DNA of 64,000 nucleotides from Phallusia mammillata (Eukaryota): NCBI GenBank assembly GCA_965637545.1, contig OZ281497.1, positions 17,174,001 to 17,238,000 of the forward strand, read 5' to 3'. Shown piece by piece: positions 1 to 9,074 of this stretch (position 1 is its first letter; each line of letters starts with the position of its first letter). The notes under the pieces were generated by a model. It saw only the letters and a program-made list of their open reading frames with translations, ran no database searches and was not told where the DNA came from. The position numbers and the translations under genes were made by a program.

Positions 1-34
1 GATAACAGCAATCAAAAAGAATCTAAATAGAAAG

Positions 35-241
35 GGTAGAGCTACTAACACAGGAACTCACACCAGGGGTTTGGAAATTTCCGGTAAATAGCGCAACGGA
101 GCAGACGATAACAATAATTGCTGAATCAGCAAATTGCTGTAAATAGCTGACTCGGCAATTATCGCCATTGCAACGCCTATGCTCTGTTGCGCCATCTACC
201 GGAAATCCCCTGGTGTGATTTCCTGTGTTAGTAGCTCTACC
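35..241. mobile_element. MITE with long terminal inverted repeats (GGTAGAGCTACTAACAC family)
   Basis: 35-56 GGTAGAGCTACTAACACAGGAA is the exact reverse complement of 220-241. Imperfect inverted similarity extends to about 100 and about 181. Possible 9-bp TSD AATAGAAAG/AAAAGAAAC (7/9). Superfamily not assigned. Confidence 0.8.
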
Positions 242-431
242 AAAAGAAACCACCCAGATTCTGACTTATGAGACATAATACAATAAACAATTACCTTTGT
301 CCGTAATCATTCTCGATGATAGATTGATTGAGTTGAATAATTACAGTGTCTAAATATGCTGCAAAGTAAACTTTCTAAAATAGTAAATTTCGAAACATCG
401 ATAGCTTTAATAGTAATATTAATCTTTAGTA

Positions 432-495
432 GTTTTCTGAAGGTCTGGCGAGGGCCGCAAAATAAGTAGTTGGGAGCCGCAGTGGAAAATCACTG
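432..495 (-). mobile_element. hAT-type MITE end fragment
   Basis: GGCCGCAAAATAAGTAGTTGGGAGCCGC matches the reverse complement of the element at 63917-64000. It ends in GAAAATCACTG, resembling a CAGTGGTTCTC terminus. Confidence 0.6.
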
Positions 496-561
496 GTTTA
501 GCTCCTAGAATATAGGAAACGCATATTTCGTGAAGCTTACCTGATATCTGCCTGTAACATA
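496..561 (+). repeat. About 65-bp element, copy 1, upstream of the AANAT-like gene
   Basis: The 46-nt core GAAACGCATATTTCGTGAAGCTTACCTGATATCTGCCTGTAACATA matches copy 2 (4144-4208) at 42/46 positions. Confidence 0.8.
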
Positions 562-1080
562 TCACATACATTTGAAGGTGGACCCGCTAGTGTTTAGTAT
601 TAAAACCCTTCAGATTTGCTCCTCAATTTTTGTCGGGCCAATGTATTTAGTAGTTTAGAAACATTTTGTTTTGTAAAAGCAATTAATTTATTAACTTTAA
701 TTTATTGACACTGTTAAATTTAATCTATTTTGGCATATGTTTGTAATACCGTTGAGTTATAACTGCTGTGCAAAATATTACGACGATAAAAAGTATTTGC
801 TTAAAAAGAAGACCGCCCTCGTAAACGTTTGGTAACAATCCATAATTAAGTTTTCAATATATGGGTTTGCATCGGATTTTTCGGGACAAATCCCAATACA
901 CAATGTGTTGAATATCAAAAAGGCAAGACATGACCTTGATTTGAGACAATATTTGCCTTGTGGTTCATGGTTGTGGTAAATGTTTAAACTACTGAGCAAG
1001 CGTTTTCAAGAGTTCATAGCACCAACCAATAAGTTAAATCGACAGGAACATTGTAACTGCATAATTCATTTAACTTAGTC

Positions 1081-2862
1081 ATGTCAATGATGAAAAACAC
1101 GCCGGAAGAAAAGGTTCTACTGACAACAAACAAGCCTGAAAGAACTATCTGCTGGAAAAGAGTAACAAAGTACGAGCAAGCCGAAGTTAATGATCTACTG
1201 ATTGAACATTTTGCCACAAGAGAACCTCTCACAGTGTCACGAAGCTTATCGAGGGATGAAATAGTGGATTTGGTCTGCGGATTAGCAGAAGTAAGATGCG
1301 TTTTCTAATACATCATACTTTCAGTTTTTGAAGTATTCTGCTCAATACATAAAAACAACTTAATGCTCAGAATGACTTAAATCTTTCACATGTACGTTAT
1401 ATTAACTGTTACAAGCAATAGTTTCCAACAGTGATGATAACTGTTATGTACTAAATTGCAGGGGTACATTGATAATGCCGCGTCCGTTTGTGCGTACGAC
1501 ATGGAAAGTCAAAAGGTATGTGGCGCAGTGCTGGTAAGTGGTCCGTACAATAAGGACGCGCAACCTGAATATGGACAATTTCCGAACTCTCTGAAGAACA
1601 ATCAAATAAGTAGCGTAAGTTGCAATGAAAGATAAGCTTAAAACAGTAGCTCGTCCCAACTTGCGATTTACGGACCCTTAGCGGATTTGTTAAATAATTC
1701 TAGACCGGTGTTTTCAACCGTTTTTATCCCGCGGCCCATTTTAACAACCCAAAGAAAAAAATTTCATGTTTTTACAATCACTGATCTAAAATCTTTACGC
1801 AAAGAGCCGGGAAAACAAAGGTACTGGTCCACATACAAATAGGTTAACATGTCACATTATCCCATTTTTATTTGCCCATTTTGCGCAATGGCGATAAGGT
1901 TGAGCCAATTATCTTCTACAAAGCCATTTGCTTTTATTTTATTTGCATGTCTATTTTTACTTTGCTTACACACGTTCTTTATTATAGCCGATAATTATTT
2001 TACTTTTTATTGATTAACAAAATCTTTCGCGAACCCAATGAGGGCCAACAAGTCAAAATATAATGTTTTAGTATTTGCACGTGGGAGTCAACATACTTGA
2101 GTTCCTAAAATGTTTGGTGAAAACGACAGCATGAAAACTAGAACATTTTTTTTTCAGCTGCTGGGGAAACTAGGAAGCATGATTCCAGGCCATGCAAACC
2201 AAAGACTATACAATGTATTGGAAATGATGGTAATTGATGCAAAATACGCCAGACAAAACATTACGACAACGCTCATAAACAGGTACGTTTGGCAAGCAGT
2301 TGTGTTTAGCCCCAAACGTAAGCATAGGAATTTTTAAGTCATAAATTCCACTATTGGTTTATCGGCAAATTTTAATGTTTGAAGAGAGGGGTAGAACGTT
2401 AGAAAGTTAAAAATAAATAAGTAACAGCCACGCCACCCTTAAAATTTGATTGTAAGTCAGAAAAACGAAAATTGAAACGTTGGTGAGTTTATTATACTGT
2501 ATTAACCATAAGTGCCAGCACCAAACGATGAAACGTACTATTTGGTCACATCTTAACACGTACAGCAGGGGCGAAATGACCACTTGATAATACACACACC
2601 TGTAAAACCTAACTGATGTATCCTCTATCACAGATCGCTGACTATCGCCAAATCAAACAAGATTCCACTATTCTACGCCGAATGCACATCTTACAATTCT
2701 GCCCGGCTGATAGAGAAAATGGGTTGGCAATGCGTGGAGGAAATCGCGTTTGCGGATTACGTTGATCCTCATACAGGAACAAAAACTTTCGCAACTATTC
2801 CAAATCCCCATACATCGGTGAAGTTAATGGTAACGAACCTCGAACAACAAGATGGAATATAA
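1081..2862 (+). CDS. GNAT acetyltransferase, insect-type arylalkylamine/dopamine N-acetyltransferase-like, about 238 aa
   Basis: Exons 1081-1290, 1462-1614, 2158-2282 and 2634-2862, all GT-AG with compatible phases (717 nt). Motifs: HFATREPL (F..EPL), MVIDAKYARQNITTTLI (motif A-like), AECTSYNSARLIEKMGWQCVEEIAFADY and PNPHTSVKLM, typical of insect AANAT-like proteins. AATAAA near 2964. Confidence 0.85.
1706..1745 (+). mobile_element. Degenerate hAT MITE terminus in AANAT-like intron 2
   Basis: CGGTGTTTTCAACCGTTTTTATCCCGCGGCCCATTT resembles the CAGTGTTTTTCAACC...GCGGCCC MITE end. No partner TIR or TSD found. Confidence 0.35.
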
Positions 2863-3105
2863 ATCTTAAGAATTGCTGAATATGTCAGTTCGTCCAAAAG
2901 CCAAATTCCAAACATAAGATTGTGATTTTAATTTATATAGCCTACCCGCATTTTGACTTTGGAAATAAAAGGAATTTCCACACTTTGATTTTGAAATTGG
3001 AAATTCTGCACTTCTATTTTGGAACTAAAAAGGGTTTTCAATGAGTGAAATAAAACCGCGAAAACACAGCTGCGATATCCGTCTATAACTGGCTAAAGTT
3101 GTAAG

Positions 3106-3336
3106 TCAGGCCGGGCTTTTCGGCCGGGTTCGGGCTTGGGTTCTTAAAAAAAGCGCCTTGTTTAAGACCAATTGTCTGGTTGTGTTGGTTGTCTTAGTCT
3201 TTTCTGAGGCTTTAATGTTTAATATATACGCCTGTCAATCAAACTTTCGGGCCCAAACGGGCTTGCCAAAAACGATTCGGTTTCGGGCTTGTAATTTCGG
3301 GTTCGGGCTCCAGTTTCAGGCCCGTTTACAGCTCTG
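3106..3336. mobile_element. Non-autonomous DNA element remnant with TTCGGGC/T subterminal repeats
   Basis: Clusters of TTCGGG(C/T) at about 3106-3140 and 3244-3325, ending in GGCCCGTTTACAGCTCTG (terminus-like). No TSD found. Confidence 0.45.
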
Positions 3337-3473
3337 CAGGCGGCTGGTTGAATATATTTGGTTTGTTAACTGTTGTTTGTTTGCAAACTATTCCGGAATT
3401 TGAGCATTTTATTACAAAACCACAAGCATCGGTACAAAAGAATCAAAAGCTTTAAATTAGAATCACGGCTTAG

Positions 3474-3966
3474 TTACCAGCACCTATGACTACAATCACC
3501 ACAAGTTGGACGGTAAAGTAAAACTCTTCTTCTAAATGAGCGCTTTTCTCTGACGTTTACTGCACGTTGGACGTTTCCTGAGATATCTTCTTCCATGTCT
3601 TTTGTGGAAATGTTTCGTTTTGATAACACAGTTGTGTAACATTTCTTGATTAGTTTGTTGCATGCATGTCTGTGCCAAATCAAACAACGTCGTCTGTAGT
3701 TGCGTCCTGCTCCTGGCTTTCTTAACCAGGATCGCTTGAACCTAAAACGGTTAAATAACATAACTATTTGATTTGTTCAATTTTTCACAAAAACAAAAAA
3801 TGTAAATGTGAAAAAGATGTATTGAAAATGAAATTACAAACCTTTCGAGCACGTCCATTGCATCTTGTGTTTTTTCTGTCTCCTCGTTATCTCGCAGCAC
3901 AGACGCATCGCATGCAAGTAAACACAAGAGCAGGGCGAAAATACCGGCAACAAATACTCCCTTCAT
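3474..3966 (-). CDS. Secreted prepropeptide A (130 aa): signal, pro-region, cationic 3-Cys peptide, spacer, cationic 3-Cys peptide
   Basis: Exon 1 3966-3842 (MKGVFVAGIFALLLCLLACDA..., hydrophobic signal), 100-nt GT-AG intron, exon 2 3741-3474. Convertase-type sites RFKR, SKR and REKR. TATA box upstream and AATAAA (minus strand, 3408-3413) downstream. Paralog at 6707-8630. Confidence 0.9.
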
Positions 3967-4041
3967 TTTAGTTTCGCCTAATTTGAAATGTTCGATTGAT
4001 AATCTCTGTTAGGTTGATGGGGCTAAAGAACACGCTGCTGC

Positions 4042-4048
4042 TTTTATA
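4042..4048 (-). promoter_or_regulatory. TATA box of prepropeptide A
   Basis: TATAAAA on the minus strand, about 76 nt upstream of the ATG at 3966. Confidence 0.55.
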
Positions 4049-4143
4049 TTCCCTGCCACTGGCCTTATCAAATAAAATTTTGCATAATTACCAACCGATG
4101 CTGTGCGTTTCTCATAAGAGTCGATTTGGAAATGTTCTCGACA

Positions 4144-4208
4144 GTTTAGCCTCGGAATATGAGAAACGCGTATTTCGTAAAGCTTCCCTGATATCTGCCC
4201 GTAACATA
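4144..4208 (+). repeat. About 65-bp element, copy 2, between prepropeptide A and the methyltransferase
   Basis: 42/46 core identity to 496-561. Confidence 0.8.
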
Positions 4209-4541
4209 CAACGCTTAATAGACAAACGCGAAAATTCCATGCGTAATTTATAGAAACATTTAAACCGAGTCTGCGGTGTATATGTTTAACGTTGAAATGA
4301 AATATGTATTGAATGTGCGTTTAGTTTCGTAAAACCAACAGAACACATCAAGGAAACATTAGAAATAACCCGAAGCATGCCTATTAAATCACCAAAGATA
4401 AATTGGCTTCTAACATCCGGCAAGTATAAATAAACATAGGCTACGTGAATTGGTGGACAAAGGAAATGATGTCATGGAACGATGTCATGCATAAAAAGTG
4501 TTAAGCGAATGAGTCAACAGTCGAAAAACTCAAACTAAACC

Positions 4542-5525
4542 ATGTCGCCAAAACGTGATATCACAAAAGCACGTCTTCACTATCGTAAGCTATTGAATTC
4601 AAGCCAGTCATTGATCGTACAAAAGCAACAGAGGGTACAAAGTAAAATGCAGAGGTATTATGAAGACAAGGAAATTGTTCAAGAATATTCCAGGTATCGT
4701 CCGCTACTTTCCGACCAGGTTAGGGTTGCAGTGATGGATTACCTTAAATCCAAAACAAAAGGCTGCCAGGGCAAATACGACATGTTACTGGACGTTGGCT
4801 GTGGCGGGGGCCAGGCAACCCAGCTCTTTGCCTCAGACTTCAAAAAAGTAGTCGGAATCGACGTCAGTCAAAATCAGATAGATGACGCAAACCGCAAAAA
4901 TTGCTATGATCACGTGAAGTATCAGGTAGGCCACGCCGAAAAGCTCGATTTTGAAAATGACAGTGTTGACCTGATAATTAGCGTCGAAGCTGCTCATTGG
5001 TTCAACGTTCAGGAATTTTTGGCAGAAGCGTTCAGGGTTTTGAAACCTGGCGGTTGTATCGCGGTCATTGGTTACTTGCCACCGACCTTTATTCCACAAT
5101 CGTATCTTGGAGACAAAGCAAAAGTCGCCGCAAAGCAATTAGAAATCGGCTATTCCTTTCTCAAGGAAGTTCCGAAAGAGAGAATGCAAAGTTATCTTCA
5201 CGTTGCTTCGCGTTACCAAAATGTGCTCGATTTGATGCCAGTTTACGACAAATGTCGTTTACCCGACCTCGAACTATCATTTAAGTGGAGCAAGAAACAT
5301 GTCCTCGGTTTTATGCGATCCATGGATATGGTTGTACATTTAAATGAGCAGCGATACAACGAGGTTCTACAGAAAAACGGCGAAGTCACTTACGATGATG
5401 TAAAAAAGATCGACGTGGCGATCGATTACTTCAACATAATAGCAAAAGAATTTTCTGAACTTCAAAATCCCGATGCAACCGTTAATGCTCTGTTCCAAGT
5501 TTTTACTGTCGCTGGGTCAAAATAG
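4542..5525 (+). CDS. Class I SAM-dependent methyltransferase (Methyltransf_11/25-like, small-molecule type), intronless
   Basis: Uninterrupted 327-aa ORF with Y..YRP N-terminal motif, LLDVGCGGGQAT (motif I), VVGIDVS, SVDLII and EAAHWF...FLAEAFRVLKPGG. The true start may be the internal Met of MQRYY (4647). Confidence 0.92.
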   Translation: MSPKRDITKARLHYRKLLNSSQSLIVQKQQRVQSKMQRYYEDKEIVQEYSRYRPLLSDQVRVAVMDYLKSKTKGCQGKYDMLLDVGCGGGQATQLFASDFKKVVGIDVSQNQIDDANRKNCYDHVKYQVGHAEKLDFENDSVDLIISVEAAHWFNVQEFLAEAFRVLKPGGCIAVIGYLPPTFIPQSYLGDKAKVAAKQLEIGYSFLKEVPKERMQSYLHVASRYQNVLDLMPVYDKCRLPDLELSFKWSKKHVLGFMRSMDMVVHLNEQRYNEVLQKNGEVTYDDVKKIDVAIDYFNIIAKEFSELQNPDATVNALFQVFTVAGSK

Positions 5526-6616
5526 ACCATAAGCAAATTCATTGGAATTAAACACTCATGCTTACCACACTTTTTATTCAGATTATTCATTCGTCAGCAC
5601 ACCATTTACAGTTTTATTTGTGTATGTACGATTGTTTGTGTTGAAGTTGCTATTGTGTTGCGTGAAAGTTTTAATGTAACATACATGATGCAGTGTGACA
5701 TTTTTAGTGCACTAAAACATACAAACATTAGGATGGAAGAAAAATCCGTTTCGCAATAATTGTAGATTTGTAGATAAAGAAACTGATTTCAAATCTAGTG
5801 TCAATAGACCATTGTTACAGCTTTATATCATTTTTTTTCGAATAACATTGTCTTGGTTGTTGAAGCTTTAATTTTTAATTCATTACCAGCAACGCCTTGG
5901 CGTTTCTCCCAGTGAATAATATGAATTTATTTCGAAAGATCATTAGACGCCTCTTTGGTTAGTTTATTAACTCGAAAGACTGTAGACATGCCGCAGACTT
6001 TCACTGTGCGACCGCATTTTTGCAAACGAAAATTGCTAATACAGATTATAATGTAATTAGTACCATCGCAAGACGGCGTATTTTGGTCACAAGGTTGTGG
6101 GTTTAAACTTCTTTTGGGCAACTTTTGTTTCCCTGAGCTAGTAAATTGAACAGCATTAATGTTTTCCTACCAATTTGAAAAAAAATAAAAAAAGAAGAAA
6201 TATTTAAACAGACCCGCGACAGGCAGGCTTCTGAACGGCGAACTTCACGTTTTCAGGAGAGCCGAGGATAAAATAAATAATAAAACAACGAAATGTACCT
6301 ATGGCTGACACTATAAACTTATGTCGGAAAGTAATGCTTCAAATTACAACCAACACTTTGGTGTGAAGACACTGCGTCAAAATAAAATATCCAAGTTATG
6401 TTCTTCCGGAAGTTTCTTAGTTGCCCATTACCAATAGGTAAATACGAAACGATCAACCCTTACTTTTCATTACAATTAGTAATAGCTTAAAACAAGGTAA
6501 TTATCGGCGTTATGCAATCAAATCTATTCTTGGACGTCTCGACTATTTTTAAATTAGGCAGTGAAGAGAAACGACAAAATATGTCGGGTATAACCAATAC
6601 ATGCCAGGGGTAAACG

Positions 6617-6623
6617 TATATAA
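6617..6623 (+). promoter_or_regulatory. TATA box of prepropeptide B
   Basis: TATATAA about 84 nt upstream of the ATG at 6707. Confidence 0.55.
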
Positions 6624-6706
6624 GCTACTAAAATCTGCGTTCTCAACATAAGTTCAACATTAAGTTACCCACCAATAGAAAACAGATAAATTTCAATCGT
6701 GAAGCG

Positions 6707-8630
6707 ATGAATGGAATATACGTCGCGAGTCTTTTTACGTTGCTTTTTTGCTTGTTTGTGTGCGAAGCATCAGTGTTAAGAGGAAAAGAACAAACTGCTG
6801 GAGAAAATCTAGAGTCAATAGACGTGCTCGAAAGGTTTGTAGAACTTTTATCATTGTAAACCCATGAATACACTGTTGCTGCCAGGCATAACGTATTAAC
6901 AGAATTTTTAGCTCTTCCGGCAGTTTTTTATTGTAATATGCCAACGTTTCGATGTCCCATACGAAACACCTTCATCAGGGTAATGACATACAATGCAAAC
7001 ACAAGTTATTATAAAGCGAAAAGGGCGGCGAAACACACACAAAAAAGGCGATAGAAATAACGCAGTTCGCACCAATGGTCGTGTGATAACACCTGGCTCA
7101 ATGGTGCAAAAGCGACCGATAAGTTATCGGCATTAGAACGTCCGTTTTAACGTTCATCGTGTTGGTGTGAGAATGTATGTTCCACGACTCCAGGAAACCT
7201 CGCTTGTGAAAATCGGTTTCTCTAGCTAACACCTGGGCAGCAGAGAAGTTTATGGTGTGACCGAGGGTAGTAGCATGTTGTGCTAATGCCGATTTTTTAG
7301 CATCTTTCTTGGCTACATCCCTCTCGTGTTCTTTACGGCGCGTATTCAGAGATCTTCCCGTCTCGCCAATGTAAATCTCCTTGCACTGTTGACATGGGAT
7401 CGCGATCCCAGNNNNNNNNNNNNNNNNNNNNNNNNNNNNNNNNNNNNNNNNNNNNNNNNNNNNNNNNNNNNNNNNNNNNNNNNNNNNNNNNNNNNNNNNN
7501 NNNNNNNNNNNNNNNNNNNNNNNNNNNNNNNNNNNNNNNNNNNNNNNNNNNNNNNNNNNNNNNNNNNNNNNNNNNNNNNNNNNNNNNNNNNNNNNNNNNN
7601 NNNNNNNNNNNCACCTGGGCAGCAGAGAAGTTTATGGTGTGACCGAGGGTAGTAGCATGTTGTGCTAATGCCGATTTTTTAGCATCTTTCTTGGCTACAT
7701 CCCTCTCGTGTTCTTTACGGCGCGTATTCAGAGATCTTCCCGTCTCGCCAATGTAAATCTCCTTGCACTGTTGACATGGGATCGCGATCCCAGTGTTAGC
7801 TAGAGAAACCGATTTTCACAAGCGAGGTTTCCTGGAGTCGTGGAACATACATTCTCACACCAACACGATGAACGTTAAAACGGACGTTCTAATGCCGATA
7901 ACTTATCGGTCGCTTTTGCACCATTGAGCCAGGTGTTATCACACGACCATTGGTGCGAACTGCGTTATTTCTATCGCCTTTTTTGTGTGTGTTTCGCCGC
8001 CCTTTTCGCTTTATAATAACTTGTGTTTGCATTGTATGTCATTACCCTGATGAAGGTGTTTCGTATGGGACATCGAAACGTTGGCATATTACAATAAAAA
8101 ACTGCCGGAAGAGCTAAAAATTCTGTTAATTGTAAACCCATGTAGTTGTTAAAAGCGACCGGCTCTAACTGTTTTCGGGATTTTTATTTGTTTCATCACA
8201 TTATTTTATATCTTTTTCATGTTTTCGGCAGTAATGTACTTACTATATGATTGATAAAGCATGTCGAGTTTTAAGATTTTATACATAAGTTATTTGTCGT
8301 AAGAACCATCCACCGTTAGTTTAAAAAACAACATATTGTCACTACCCCAACTTGTATAGGTTCAAGCGATCCTGGTTAAGAAAGCCAGGAGCAGGACGCA
8401 ACTACAGACGGCGTTGTTTGATTTGGCACAGACATGCATGCAACAGACTCATCAAGAAATGTTACACAACTGTGTTATCCAAACGAAGCATCTCCTCCGA
8501 AGACACGGAAGGGAATATTAAAATAAACATGCAGCCAATATCTGACAACGTTAGAGAAAAGCGCTCATCAAGAAGAAGAGTTCTACTTTACCGTCCAACT
8601 TGTGGTGATTGCAGTCATAGATGCTGGTAA
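6707..8630 (+). CDS. Secreted prepropeptide B (132 aa), paralog of A
   Basis: Exon 1 6707-6834 (MNGIYVASLFTLLFCLFVCEASVLRGKEQTAGENLESIDVLER), phase-2 GT-AG intron at the same position as in A, exon 2 8360-8630 (FKRSWLRKPG...CGDCSHRCW). AATAAA near 8750. Confidence 0.9.
6937..6991 (-). ncRNA. Minimal hammerhead ribozyme motif in the Penelope pLTR (left arm)
   Basis: Reverse complement of the copy at 8034-8088. Confidence 0.6.
7412..7611. other. Assembly gap (200 N) flanked by identical 182-bp direct copies (7230-7411 and 7612-7793)
   Basis: N run. The duplicated flanks suggest overlapping contig ends at a hairpin, not a real duplication. Confidence 0.85.
8034..8088 (+). ncRNA. Minimal hammerhead ribozyme motif in the Penelope pLTR (right arm)
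   Basis: CTGATGA (8047-8053), stem II GGTGTTTC/GGGACATC with a GTAT loop, GAAAC (8075-8079), palindromic AACGTT, and TATGTC/GGCATA distal pairing. Hammerheads are an established feature of Penelope-like element pLTRs. Confidence 0.65.
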
Positions 8631-9047
8631 CTTGGCATCTTTAACCCTAATTTAACATTTGTGTGCGTAAATCGCATACGATACTTTTGTGTTGATAAAT
8701 TCCGTTGATTTGCTTGCACAACCTATTTATATGCGTTACCTGTGATTTTACAATAAAATTGTAAATACCAAACATTTAAATTTGCTCATGTGAAAGGCTA
8801 CTCTGAATGTCAGTTTGGCGACATATTTTACAGTCCATCGGTAAAATGCCAGCATTGTGCCTTTTTGGAACCACCTGCTAAACTTTTTGTCCGTGAAAGA
8901 AAGCAAAATTGAAGTGTAAAGTTTGGAAAATTTTCAACAGAACATCAGCAAAACAAAAAAGAAAAGTTTGATACCGTGACGACAAAAAACAAAAAACACG
9001 TGTCAGTGATAGTAAAAACGAATGGGAAGTAGACCCGATTAGCTAAG

Positions 9048-9074
9048 TGACGTCATCGAAAATTAATGACGTCA
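9048..9074. promoter_or_regulatory. Tandem pair of full CRE palindromes (TGACGTCA)
   Basis: TGACGTCA at 9048-9055 and 9067-9074. Confidence 0.45.

Larger units (their letters stand above)
6867..8130. mobile_element. 5'-truncated Penelope-like retroelement with inverted (fold-back) arms, in the intron of prepropeptide B
   Basis: The minus strand of about 7090-7405 encodes a GIY-YIG endonuclease C-terminus (IPCQQCKEIYIGETGRSLNTRRKEH...ALAQHATTLGH...RGFLESWNI). 6895-7232 is the reverse complement of 7794-8130. TSD TGTAAACCCATG at 6855-6866 and 8131-8142. Confidence 0.9.

Noticed and set aside
295-310. Possible first exon ATGATTACGGACAAAG|GTAATT of a minus-strand gene leaving the window
   Set aside because: Only 16 nt with a donor; cannot be supported without upstream sequence. 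If real, it would repeat the divergent layout around the shared element.
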